Shown here piece after piece: positions 55,283-64,000 of a DNA stretch of 64,000 bases (positions within the stretch are counted from its first letter, which is position 1; every line of letters starts with the position of its first letter). The DNA comes from Alphaproteobacteria bacterium (lineage in GTDB: Bacteria > Pseudomonadota > Alphaproteobacteria > UBA828): contig CBDEFM010000002.1 in the NCBI GenBank assembly GCA_965237415.1, positions 3,424,001-3,488,000 of the forward strand. The letters run 5' to 3'. The notes under the pieces are model-generated. The model was not told the origin of the DNA and searched no databases. It saw nothing but the letters and a program-made list of their open reading frames with translations. The position numbers and the translations under genes are program-made.

Positions 55283-56923
55283 ATGAGCCGGGAATCGATG
55301 GAGTATGACGTGGTGATCGTGGGCGCGGGCCCCGCCGGGCTCGCGGCTGCCATACGCTTGCGTCAGCTCGCCGAGGAGTCCGGCCGCGAGATCAGCGTGA
55401 CCGTGCTGGAGAAGGGTTCGGAGGTAGGCGCCCACATCCTCTCCGGCGCCGTCTTCGAGCCTCTCGCGCTGGACGAGCTGATCCCGGACTGGAAGGAGAA
55501 GGGTGCGCCGCTTAACACGCCGGCAGGCAGCGACGAGTTCCGCTACCTCACCGCCAAGGGCAGCATCAGGATGCCGGGTGCGCTGCTGCCGCCGCAGATG
55601 CGCAACCACGGCAACTACATTATCAGCCTCGGCAATCTCTGCCGCTGGCTGGGTCAGCAGGCGGAGGAGATCGGCGTCGAAATCTACCCCGGCTTCGCCG
55701 CAGCCGAGGTGCTCTATCACGAGGACGGCCGGGTCAAGGGCGTCGCCACCGGCGACATGGGCATCGCCAAGGACGGCAGCCAAAAGGCCGGCTACGAGCC
55801 GGGCATCGAGCTGCATGCAAAGTACACGCTGTTCGCCGAAGGTGTGCGCGGTTCGCTGACAAAGCAGCTGGTCGAGCGTTTCGACCTGCGCGCGCGCTCG
55901 GACCCGCAGACCTACGGTATCGGTCTCAAGGAGGTCTGGGAGATCGAGCCCGACAAGCACCGGCCGGGCCTGATCCAGCACAGCTTCGGCTGGCCGCTTG
56001 ATAGCCGCACTTATGGCGGCTCCTTCCTCTATCACTTCGATGAGAACCTGGTCTCGATCGGCTTCGTGATCGCCCTCGATTACGAGAACCCGCACCTCTC
56101 GCCCTTCGACGAGTTCCAGCGCTTCAAGACCCATCCCTCGATTCGCCCCGTGCTTGAGGGGGGCCAGCGGCTGGCCTACGGCGCACGCGCGATCAACGAG
56201 GGCGGATACCAGTCGATTCCCGAGACCGTCTTCCCAGGAGGCGCGCTGATCGGCTGCGCCGCAGGCTTTCTCAACGTGCCCAAGATCAAGGGCAGCCACA
56301 ACGCGATGAAGAGCGGCGCGTTGGCGGCAGAGGCGGCGTTCGCCGCGCTGGGCGAGGCCGATGACGGCACGAAGCCGCTCGACGCCTACCCGGCGGCACT
56401 TCGTGACTCTTGGGTGGTCAAGGAGCTCAAGCAGGTCAGGAACTGCCGCCCAGCGTTCCGCTGGGGGCTCGCCGTCGGCACCGTGGTCAGCTTCATCGAG
56501 CTTTGGACCGGCGGCGTGCTGCCCTGGACGCTCCGCCATCGGCATGACCACGAAAGCCTGAAGAAGGCAGCCGATGCGCCGAAGATCGCTTACCCGAAGC
56601 CGGACGGCGTCGTCTCCTTCGACAAGCCGAGCTCGGTCTACCTTTCGAACACCAATCACGAGGAGGATCAGCCGGCGCATCTTACGCTCAAGGACCAGGG
56701 CGTGCCGATACGGGTGAATCTCGCGCTCTACGACGCGCCGGAGCAGCGCTATTGCCCGGCCGGCGTCTACGAGATCGTGGAGGACGCCGCAGGCCCGCCG
56801 CGCCTGCAGATCAACGCGCAGAACTGCGTGCACTGCAAGACCTGCGACATCAAGGACCCCACGCAGAACATCGAATGGGTGGTGCCCGAAGGCGGGGGCG
56901 GCCCGAATTATGCCAACATGTAG
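55283..56923 (+). CDS. Electron transfer flavoprotein:ubiquinone oxidoreductase
   Basis: [47 protein letters not shown]. Confidence 0.97.
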   Translation: MSRESMEYDVVIVGAGPAGLAAAIRLRQLAEESGREISVTVLEKGSEVGAHILSGAVFEPLALDELIPDWKEKGAPLNTPAGSDEFRYLTAKGSIRMPGALLPPQMRNHGNYIISLGNLCRWLGQQAEEIGVEIYPGFAAAEVLYHEDGRVKGVATGDMGIAKDGSQKAGYEPGIELHAKYTLFAEGVRGSLTKQLVERFDLRARSDPQTYGIGLKEVWEIEPDKHRPGLIQHSFGWPLDSRTYGGSFLYHFDENLVSIGFVIALDYENPHLSPFDEFQRFKTHPSIRPVLEGGQRLAYGARAINEGGYQSIPETVFPGGALIGCAAGFLNVPKIKGSHNAMKSGALAAEAAFAALGEADDGTKPLDAYPAALRDSWVVKELKQVRNCRPAFRWGLAVGTVVSFIELWTGGVLPWTLRHRHDHESLKKAADAPKIAYPKPDGVVSFDKPSSVYLSNTNHEEDQPAHLTLKDQGVPIRVNLALYDAPEQRYCPAGVYEIVEDAAGPPRLQINAQNCVHCKTCDIKDPTQNIEWVVPEGGGGPNYANM

Positions 56924-58715
56924 GGCAGGGGAGGGCGCGACCCAGAGTCGGCGGGGTGCACGCGGCCGCTGTCGCCGCACGGTCGGCTGGTTGAGCGGTG
57001 CGCTCGCCGTCTGTCTGACAGGCGGGATCTGCACGGGCGGTCTGTGGGCCGCCGATGAACAGACTCCGCCCCTGCCGCCGGAGCCCTCGGCCAGCGCCTA
57101 CCGCGACAACGGCTCGCCGATCGGCAGCTATCTCGTCGGGCGCTACGCCCACGCCCGCGGCGACTATGCCGCAGCGGCCAAGCATTTGCAGCGTGTCCTG
57201 AACACGGATCCCGACAATCCCTCGCTGCTGCGCCGTACTGTGTCGTTGCTGGCCGCCGAAGGTCGGATCGAGGCAGCGGCCGCGTTCGCGCGGCGCCTCG
57301 TCGAGGTCGACAACGACGCGCGGCTGGCCCCCTTCGTTCTCGGCTTGCAGGACGCGCGAAACGGCGACTACGAGGGCGCTCTGCAGCGCATCGACGCGAT
57401 CCGCCGCGACGGCGTCTATTCCCTCTTGATCCCTCTCGCCGAGGGGTGGCTGCACACCGGTACCGGGTCGGACGCCGCGGCTCTGGCGGCCCTCTCGCCG
57501 CTCGCCGATCGCGACGCCTACCGACCCTTCTATCTTCTCCATGCCGGCCTGATGCACGATCTCGCAGGTCGCGAGGCGGAGGCCGAGGCTCTCTTGCGGG
57601 AGGCCGTGGCGATTTCCGCCGGCTCCCACCGCCCGGTGGCGGCGCTCGGCAGCGTTCTGTTGCGGGCCGGGCGCACCGTCGAGGCCCGCGCGGTCTACGA
57701 GCAATACCGCGCGCAGAATCCCGAGAATATATGGGTTGAGCGTGTGCTCGCGGCCGCCGATGCCGGCATGTCGGTGCCGCCGCTCGTTGCCGACGCGCGC
57801 GGGGGGCTGGCGGAGGCCCTGCTCGGTGCAGCTGCCGCCCTGCCGCAGCGGGACAATGGCGACGCCGCTGTGATCTATGCGCGCCTTGCCCTCTTCCTCC
57901 GCGACGATCTGGATTCCGTTCGTTTTCTGATCGGAGAGATTCTCGAACAGACGGAGCGGGTGGAAGCTGCAGTAGACGCCTACCGGTCCATCCCCGCCGG
58001 GTCGGACTACGCCTGGGCCGCACAGCTTCGCGCTGCCTCCGGCCTCGCGGACCTCGACCGGCAGGACGAGGCGATCGCTGCGCTGAACGCCATGGCGGAC
58101 GAGCGCCCCGGGCGAATCGACGCCGCCTCTGCTCTCGGCGACGTGTTTAGGGTGGATGAGCGCTACGAGGAAGCCGCAGCCGCTTACGACATGGCGATCG
58201 GGCGGCTCGCGATCGTCGAGGACCGCCACTGGCGCCTCTTCTACGTGCGCGGCATCGCGTTTGAGCGTTTGGGGGAATGGCCCAAGGCCGAGGCCGATTT
58301 CCTGCGCGCGTTGGAGTTGGAGCCGGATCAGCCGCTCGTTCTCAACTACCTCGGCTATTCCTGGGTGGAACAGGGGCGCAATCTCGACGAAGGCAAGACC
58401 ATGATCGAGAAGGCGGTCGAGCTCAGGCCGGACGACGGCTACATCGTCGACAGTCTCGGTTGGGTGGCGTACAGGCTGGGCGACTTCGAGGAGGCGGTCT
58501 ACCAACTCGAGCTGGCGGTCGAGCTGGTGCCAGGCGATCCGATCATCAACGATCACCTGGGTGACGCTTATTGGCAGGTGGGCCGGCTGAACGAGGCGCG
58601 ATTCCAGTGGCGGCGCGTTCTTACCCTTGAGCCGGAGGACGAGCTCGCCGACCAGATCCGGCGCAAGCTCGCGGACAGCCTCTCCGCCGGGGCGGAGGCT
58701 GACGAAGCAGAATAG
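56910..58715 (+). CDS. TPR repeat protein (ETF-QO/ispE-linked)
   Basis: [28 protein letters not shown]; start uncertain. Confidence 0.88.
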   Translation: MPTCRAGEGATQSRRGARGRCRRTVGWLSGALAVCLTGGICTGGLWAADEQTPPLPPEPSASAYRDNGSPIGSYLVGRYAHARGDYAAAAKHLQRVLNTDPDNPSLLRRTVSLLAAEGRIEAAAAFARRLVEVDNDARLAPFVLGLQDARNGDYEGALQRIDAIRRDGVYSLLIPLAEGWLHTGTGSDAAALAALSPLADRDAYRPFYLLHAGLMHDLAGREAEAEALLREAVAISAGSHRPVAALGSVLLRAGRTVEARAVYEQYRAQNPENIWVERVLAAADAGMSVPPLVADARGGLAEALLGAAAALPQRDNGDAAVIYARLALFLRDDLDSVRFLIGEILEQTERVEAAVDAYRSIPAGSDYAWAAQLRAASGLADLDRQDEAIAALNAMADERPGRIDAASALGDVFRVDERYEEAAAAYDMAIGRLAIVEDRHWRLFYVRGIAFERLGEWPKAEADFLRALELEPDQPLVLNYLGYSWVEQGRNLDEGKTMIEKAVELRPDDGYIVDSLGWVAYRLGDFEEAVYQLELAVELVPGDPIINDHLGDAYWQVGRLNEARFQWRRVLTLEPEDELADQIRRKLADSLSAGAEADEAE

Positions 58716-58733
58716 AGTGCCCGCGGTAATTGA

Positions 58734-58996
58734 CCCGCAATTCTCACCACGGTCGTGGCCTGCGTCGCACCCAGGCGTTCGATCCGCCAGGAGCGGGCCG
58801 AAAAGCGTATCGGGGAATACGGTTGAGGCCCGCGACGCCGCGGGCGGGCGCCTAGGTGCGACCCGGAGGGCGGCGGTATCCGGCCGACAGTGTGCGTCAC
58901 TGCGCATGCCCGATGCCCCACATCGCGCTGCGCGCCGTTCCTTCCCTGTCGGCCGGATACCGCCGCGCAGACCATGACCGTGGTGAGAAATGCGGG
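58734..58996. mobile_element. 263-bp MITE-like, highly self-complementary element inserted in the ispE 5' end
   Basis: 31-bp TIRs CCCGCAATTCTCACCACGGTCGTGGCCTGCG / rc CCCGCATTTCTCACCACGGTCATGGTCTGCG (3 mismatches); two long internal hairpins; flanks TTGA and TTAG. Confidence 0.75.
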
Positions 58997-59898
58997 TTAG
59001 GGTCGGGGCGCCGGCCAAGCTCAACCTTTACCTCCATGTGACCGGCCGCCGCGCCGACGGCTATCACGAGTTGGACAGCCTCGTCACCTTCACCGGGCTC
59101 GCAGACACGCTGGAGATCGCGCCGGCCGGATCCCTCCGCCTCAGCGTAACCGGCCCGTTCGCCGGCGCCTTGGATGCGGGCGACAATCTGGTCGCGCGGG
59201 CGGCGACGGCGCTGGCGGAGAAGCTTGGCCGCCCCGCTAATGTGCGAATCACGCTCGACAAGCGCATCCCGATTGCGGCCGGCCTCGGCGGCGGCTCGGC
59301 CGATGCGGCTGCGGTCCTTCGCGGCCTCGCCCGGCTGTGGCGGCTCGGCGCCGGGCACGCAGGCGATCTTCGGGAGACCGCGCTCGGTCTCGGTGCCGAC
59401 GTGCCGGTCTGCCTCGACTCGCGCGCCGCCCACATGGCGGGCATCGGCGAGGCGTTGAGCGCACCGCCGCACCTGCCGCCATGCGGCGTGCTGCTGGTTA
59501 ATCCCGGCGTGCCGGTGCCCACCGGGCCCGTCTTCGCGGCGCGGCGCGGGCCGTTCTCGGCCGCGAGCCGCATCGATGAAGCCCCGCAGAATGCGGCGGC
59601 GCTTGCCGCGCTGCTGCGCAGCCGACGCAACGATCTGGAACAGCCTGCGCTCGCTCAAGTGCCCGAGATCGGCCGAGTGCTCGCCCGGCTTGCCGCAGCC
59701 CCCGGTTGCCTGCTGGCCCGCATGTCCGGCTCGGGCGGCACCTGTTTCGGCCTGTTCGAGGACGAGGCGGCGGCAGCCGGCGCAGCGGACGCCATCGCTC
59801 GCGACGATCCGGCCTGGTGGGTGCAGCCGACACGGCTCGTCCACGATGGTGGGATGGCCGAGACGGCGGACGAGGTGGCTACCCTCGGCGGGTCGTGA
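58990..59898 (+). CDS. ispE: 4-diphosphocytidyl-2-C-methyl-D-erythritol kinase
   Basis: APAKLNLYLH, GYHELDS, IPIAAGLGGGSADAA, GADVP, MSGSG. Confidence 0.96.
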   Translation: MRVRVGAPAKLNLYLHVTGRRADGYHELDSLVTFTGLADTLEIAPAGSLRLSVTGPFAGALDAGDNLVARAATALAEKLGRPANVRITLDKRIPIAAGLGGGSADAAAVLRGLARLWRLGAGHAGDLRETALGLGADVPVCLDSRAAHMAGIGEALSAPPHLPPCGVLLVNPGVPVPTGPVFAARRGPFSAASRIDEAPQNAAALAALLRSRRNDLEQPALAQVPEIGRVLARLAAAPGCLLARMSGSGGTCFGLFEDEAAAAGAADAIARDDPAWWVQPTRLVHDGGMAETADEVATLGGS

Positions 59899-59938
59899 GC
59901 GCGCGCCGGTTCCAGCGCAAGTTGGCGGGAGCGAGGCG

Positions 59939-60370
59939 ATGGCGAGGATGCAGCAGCCGACGGCGCAGGATGTCCGGGACCTGCTAGCCTTCTTGCCCAA
60001 GCTCTATGTGGACGGTTTCGTGCCGATCAAGCGCGTGCACAGCAAGGACGAGGACGGAGTCGTCGCCTTCCCCTGGCCCGAGTATGAAGGGGTCGTGGAC
60101 GAGTTCATGGACTGCATCCGCCGCGATTGCTGGATCGATTGCGACTATGTTCCTCGGGAGGAGGAAAAGCCGATCGAGAGCGAGGAGGCGATCAGGCGGG
60201 CGACCCTGCGGCAAATACGGGCCATGCTCACCTATGTCTTGCGGGGAGAACGCTTCTGCGATGGCTGGTGGGGCCACATGATCGAGGGCGGCTACGTTCG
60301 CCGAATCCTCGAACGCCTCGCCGAACTCGAAGGGGAACTCGATGAGAGGGGAGGACGCTCAAGGCGGTAG
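59939..60370 (+). CDS. Hypothetical protein (DUF6508-like)
   Basis: LT...RGERFCDG.W......G....ILERL pattern; GAGG RBS. Confidence 0.65.
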   Translation: MARMQQPTAQDVRDLLAFLPKLYVDGFVPIKRVHSKDEDGVVAFPWPEYEGVVDEFMDCIRRDCWIDCDYVPREEEKPIESEEAIRRATLRQIRAMLTYVLRGERFCDGWWGHMIEGGYVRRILERLAELEGELDERGGRSRR

Positions 60371-60811
60371 GCGTACTGCCTCCAGCCAGTGCGCCTTCAC
60401 GATCTGCGCGAACGAGACCAATTCGTCGAAGGCCGATGGCTTGACCATATAGGCGTTCGCCCCGAGCGCGTAGCTCGTCGAGATATCCCGTTCCTCATCG
60501 GAGGTCGTGAGGATCACCACGGGGATGCGGCTGAGCTCGGGCTCCTCGCGCAGCCACTCCAGCACTTCGGTGCCATTAATTTTCGGCATGTTGAGGTCGA
60601 GCAGGATCAGGCTCGGGCGGGGCGCCGCCGCCGGATCGGCGTAGTCGCCCTCGCGCTTGAGAAAGTCCATCAGCTCGGCGCCGTCGTGGACGACATAGAG
60701 CGGACACGTGATCTGCGCCTTGCGCAGCGCCTTCTCGGTGAGCAGGCAGTCGGCGGGGTCGTCGTCCGCCATCAGGAGGACAGTGCTCTCGCTGATATCG
60801 GGCCTCGCCAT
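60359..60811 (-). CDS. Single-domain response regulator (Rcp1-like)
   Basis: ADDD, ILLDLNMP, ILTTS, GANAYMVKP. Confidence 0.93.
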   Translation of the reverse strand: MARPDISESTVLLMADDDPADCLLTEKALRKAQITCPLYVVHDGAELMDFLKREGDYADPAAAPRPSLILLDLNMPKINGTEVLEWLREEPELSRIPVVILTTSDEERDISTSYALGANAYMVKPSAFDELVSFAQIVKAHWLEAVRLPP

Positions 60812-60828
60812 CCTCTTCCTCCAGGCGT

Positions 60829-61752
60829 CTACGGGGCGCCGCCAGTACCGGCCGACTCCTCGGCTGCGGTGATAAGGCGTAACGCCAATGACGGAAACGC
60901 CGAGACCGCGCCGGCAAACGCGCCGAAATCGATCGGCTTTGATACGAACACCCGCCCTGCCTCCCCGGCGGGCGGCAGATCGGGAGGGTCCGCCTTGGAC
61001 GCGCTCAACACGATGACCGGCAGGTCATGAAGCGCCGGCGCGTCCGCGATCTCCGCGAGCACCTGGCGCCCGTCGATCTCAGGGCCGTCGAGGTCGATAA
61101 GCACCAAATCCGGCCGCGGTGCGGGCACGTCGCCGCCGAAGACGTGCCGCCCGTGGAGGTGGTCCATCAGCGCAGCGCGGTTCGTGACGTAGGTCAGCGG
61201 GTTGCCGAGGCCCGCGGCTTGCAGTGTCTTGGTCGCCTCCAGGCAGGCCTCGGGGTTGTCGTCCGCCATGACGATGACCGCGGGCCGCGCCGCATCGCCG
61301 GAGTCCGCAGGCACCGAAAGCTCGTAGCTGCAGCTCTTGAGCCGCAGCACGGCCTCGTGCAGCTTGGGGAAGGTGACCGGCTTCACCAGATAGGCATAGG
61401 CGCCGAGATTGTAGCTGCCTGAAATATCGAGGTTGTCCTCCGAGGCTGTCAGGATAACGATCGGTATCTTCCTCAACGCCGGCCTGAGGTTGATCTCCCA
61501 GAGCGAGGCGAGCCCGGCCATGTTGGGCATGTTGAGGTCGAGCAGGATCAGGTCCGGGCGCGGCGAGGAGGCGGGGTTGGCGAACCTTCCTCGCCGCCCG
61601 AGATAGTCGAGCAGCTCCTGGCCGTCCTGCACGAAGCGCAGCTCGTTCGCGAGCCGCGCCTTCTGCAGCGTCTTCTTGGTCAGCAGGCAGTCTTCGGGAT
61701 CGTCGTCCGCCATCAGGAGGAGGACCGGCCGGGTGTTGGGTGCGGTGGTCAT
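60829..61752 (-). CDS. Tandem two-receiver-domain protein
   Basis: REC1: ADDD...DLNMP...VKP; REC2: ADDN...IDLDGP...SKP. Confidence 0.88.
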   Translation of the reverse strand: MTTAPNTRPVLLLMADDDPEDCLLTKKTLQKARLANELRFVQDGQELLDYLGRRGRFANPASSPRPDLILLDLNMPNMAGLASLWEINLRPALRKIPIVILTASEDNLDISGSYNLGAYAYLVKPVTFPKLHEAVLRLKSCSYELSVPADSGDAARPAVIVMADDNPEACLEATKTLQAAGLGNPLTYVTNRAALMDHLHGRHVFGGDVPAPRPDLVLIDLDGPEIDGRQVLAEIADAPALHDLPVIVLSASKADPPDLPPAGEAGRVFVSKPIDFGAFAGAVSAFPSLALRLITAAEESAGTGGAP

Positions 61753-61759
61753 TGGCCGC

Positions 61760-63400
61760 TCACCGGGGCTGCCGGCGCGGCAGGGTCACCGTGAAGGTGG
61801 CGCCCGCGCCCGGTGTGCCGGACGCGGTGATCCTGCCGTGATGGCGCAAGACGATCTTCTCGCAGATTGCGAGGCCGATCCCGGCGCCCTCGTACTGGTG
61901 GCGAGCGTGCAGACGCTTGAAGGGCTGGAACAGCTTGCTGCCTTGCGACAATTCGAAACCGATTCCGTTGTCTGTCACCACGATGGTGTGCGCGGGCCCC
62001 GGGACCGCATCGATCGGCTGCGCTTGGGCCGCCACCTCGACCGTTACGTGCGGTGGCACGCCAGGCCTGCAGAATTTGAGCGCGTTGCCGATGAGGTTGC
62101 GGAAGAGCTGCTCCATCTGAGTGCGGTCCGCCTCTATGGTGGGTGTGGCGCTGACCTCCACTTGGCCCCCGGCCTCCTCAAGCCTGACGGAAAGGTCGGA
62201 GAGCACGGTGTCGAAGACCTCCGCGAGTGAGAGATCCTCGAAGGGATGCGCCGCCGTGGTGACGCGGGAGAGCGCCAGCAAGTCGCTCACGAGCGTCTGC
62301 ATCCGCGCCGCAGCGTCGGTCATGAAGTCGATATATCGCTGTCCTTCGTCGTCGAGGCTCTCGCGCTTCTCGTCCGCGAGGAGCGCGCCGAAGGCTCTGA
62401 TCTTGCGCAGCGGTTCCTGAAGGTCGTGGGAGGCCACGTAGGCGAACTGCTCGAGCTCCTCGTTGGAACGGGCGAGGTCGCGGGCGTGGCGCTCCAGCGC
62501 TTCCTTCGCCTGCTTCTGCTCGGTGATGTCGCGCACGATCCCCATGATCCGCACCGGCGCCCCCGTCTCGTCGCGCACCAGGATGGCGCGGACGGCGACG
62601 GGGAAGACCGATCCGTCATTGCGGATATATTCCTTCTCGTATTCGTCGGTATAGCCGCGCTGAAGAAGCTGCTCCGCAACGATGTCGGCTTCCATCTTTG
62701 CCCAGCGGGGCGGCGTGAGCTGCTGGTAGGTCATGCCGACGAGCTCATCGAGCTCGTAGCCCAGCATATCGAGATAAGCGGGGTTCGCCTCTTCCACGGG
62801 GCCATCCAGGCCGACGAAGACCACGCCGTCGTGGCTGAGGTCGAAGAGGCTCCGATAGCGCCGCTCCGAGGCCTTGAGCGCCTCTTCCTTCTCCTTCAGC
62901 TCGGCGATGTCGCGCACGATGCCCATGAAGCGGATCGGCCGCCCCTCCAGGTCCCGCACCAGGATGGTGCGCAGGCTGATGGGGGCGATCGAGCCGTCCT
63001 TGCGCACGTATTCCTTCTCGTATTCGTCCGAGAAGCCGCGCTGCATGACCTGGGTCTCGATGATCTCTGCCTCGATGGCACGCCACTTCTCGGGCGTAAG
63101 GTCCTGATAGGTGTGCGTGGTAATCTCGTCGCGGCCGTAGCCGACAAGGTCGAGATAGGCTTGGTTCATCTCCTCGATATGGCCATCGAGGTCGACGAAG
63201 ACGATCCCGTCCCGGCTCATGTCGAAGAGGGCGCGGAACCTGTCCTCCGAGGTGCGGCCTGCGTCGCGGGCGCGCCCGGCTTCGGCCAGGGCCTGCTCCA
63301 GCGCCGCCACCTGCTGCCTGAGCGCCTGCGCGCCGTCGTCGGGATCGCCGTCCAAGTCGGTTCGGCTGGCGGCGCGCACCTCAGCCGTCTCAGCCGTCAT
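61760..63400 (-). CDS. Cytoplasmic PAS-PAS sensor histidine kinase
   Basis: Two similar PAS/PAC units; H-box YVASHDLQEPLRKI; NLIGNALKF, DNGIG, GIGLA; no TM segment. Confidence 0.93.
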   Translation of the reverse strand: MTAETAEVRAASRTDLDGDPDDGAQALRQQVAALEQALAEAGRARDAGRTSEDRFRALFDMSRDGIVFVDLDGHIEEMNQAYLDLVGYGRDEITTHTYQDLTPEKWRAIEAEIIETQVMQRGFSDEYEKEYVRKDGSIAPISLRTILVRDLEGRPIRFMGIVRDIAELKEKEEALKASERRYRSLFDLSHDGVVFVGLDGPVEEANPAYLDMLGYELDELVGMTYQQLTPPRWAKMEADIVAEQLLQRGYTDEYEKEYIRNDGSVFPVAVRAILVRDETGAPVRIMGIVRDITEQKQAKEALERHARDLARSNEELEQFAYVASHDLQEPLRKIRAFGALLADEKRESLDDEGQRYIDFMTDAAARMQTLVSDLLALSRVTTAAHPFEDLSLAEVFDTVLSDLSVRLEEAGGQVEVSATPTIEADRTQMEQLFRNLIGNALKFCRPGVPPHVTVEVAAQAQPIDAVPGPAHTIVVTDNGIGFELSQGSKLFQPFKRLHARHQYEGAGIGLAICEKIVLRHHGRITASGTPGAGATFTVTLPRRQPR

Positions 63401-64000
63401 CGATCAGGTCCTCGGCGTAGGCGAAGAGCGCCGGCATGCCGCCGGTATGGACGAAGACGACCGTGTCGCCCGCGCCGACGGTGCCGCGCTTCACATGATC
63501 GATAAGGCCGGCCATGGCCTTCCCTGAGTAGACGGGGTCGAGAAAGATGCCTTCCGTCTCGGCCACGAGCTTGATGGCGGCCCGAGCCTCCGCCGAGAGC
63601 ACGCCGTAGTCCTCGCCGACATGATCTTCGTCGGCGACGAAGTCGCCCGGCTGGATCGCGAGGTTCAGGTCGAGCGCACGCGCCGTCGCGGTGGCGACGC
63701 GTGCGATGTCGAGCTCCCGCGCCTCTTTCCAGCGGATCGGGCTGATCGCCGTCACCCGCGCCTCGCGGCCCAGTGCGCGCAGGCCTGTGATGAGCCCTGC
63801 CGGCGTGTTGTTGGCGCCGCAGATGAAGACCTGGGCGGGATCGATCCCGACGTCCTCGAACTGGGCGTCGAGCTCGATCGCGGTGCCGACGTAGCCGAGC
63901 GCCGCGAGGACCTGCTGGTCGAGGGCGAAGGGGGCGATCACGAAGGGGCGCCGGCCCGCCGCCTCGAGAGCGCTGGCCTTCTTGTCGAGCAGCGGCTGGA
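63390..64000 (-). CDS. D-cysteine desulfhydrase/ACC deaminase family PLP enzyme, 5' end outside window
   Basis: EGIFLDPVYSGKAMAGL, VFVHTGG.P.LF. Confidence 0.88.
   Translation of the reverse strand, partial: QPLLDKKASALEAAGRRPFVIAPFALDQQVLAALGYVGTAIELDAQFEDVGIDPAQVFICGANNTPAGLITGLRALGREARVTAISPIRWKEARELDIARVATATARALDLNLAIQPGDFVADEDHVGEDYGVLSAEARAAIKLVAETEGIFLDPVYSGKAMAGLIDHVKRGTVGAGDTVVFVHTGGMPALFAYAEDLIDDG

Noticed and set aside
54242-57034. 930-aa minus-strand ORF and similar long antisense ORFs (33266-35401, 38646-40682, 56850-59024)
   Set aside because: Antisense shadows of well-supported genes, expected in high-GC DNA; no motifs.
58734-58996. Retron msr-msd, SRP, 6S RNA or riboswitch identity for the structured element
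   Set aside because: No reverse transcriptase nearby and no recognisable conserved motifs. IS-like termini and a reconstructable empty site fit an insertion better. An Rfam scan is still needed.
1-64000. CRISPR array, tRNA, rRNA, integron attC array or prophage
   Set aside because: No regularly spaced repeats, cloverleaf or rRNA motifs, integrase or phage structural genes were seen by eye.

Overview
GC-rich bacterial chromosomal window, almost certainly alphaproteobacterial (gcrA; acpS-lepB-rnc-era; yfgM-bamB-der; def-fmt-truA; ETF-QO-TPR-ispE). The first ~13 kb is a rearranged accessory zone. It holds a PhyH dioxygenase, a glutamine-synthetase-family gene cut by a fused IS3/IS1380-like remnant, and a 242-bp duplicate of an aconitase-family gene start fused to a PutA-like tail. 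It also holds a metalloprotease/TbpB-barrel lipoprotein, a non-canonical LeuC/LeuD-like pair, and a fully delimited 4.1-kb IS1595-family element (25-bp TIRs, 8-bp TSD) carrying a single-chain restriction-modification gene and two small ORFs. The rest is housekeeping and catabolic: a copper cluster with back-to-back CueR-type promoters, a HigBA module, a five-gene tungsten-type AOR operon, hpnA with a CDP-alcohol transferase and a cytidylyltransferase, three luciferase-like enzymes, and a PAS-PAS kinase with three output-less receiver domains. The most unusual signals are a 263-bp, Y-folding MITE-like element inserted in frame into the 5' end of ispE that now supplies and base-pairs over its start codon, and an rnc gene with no ATG/GTG/TTG upstream of its catalytic motif. 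No rRNA, tRNA or CRISPR array was seen. All family calls come from motif recognition by eye; no searches were run.
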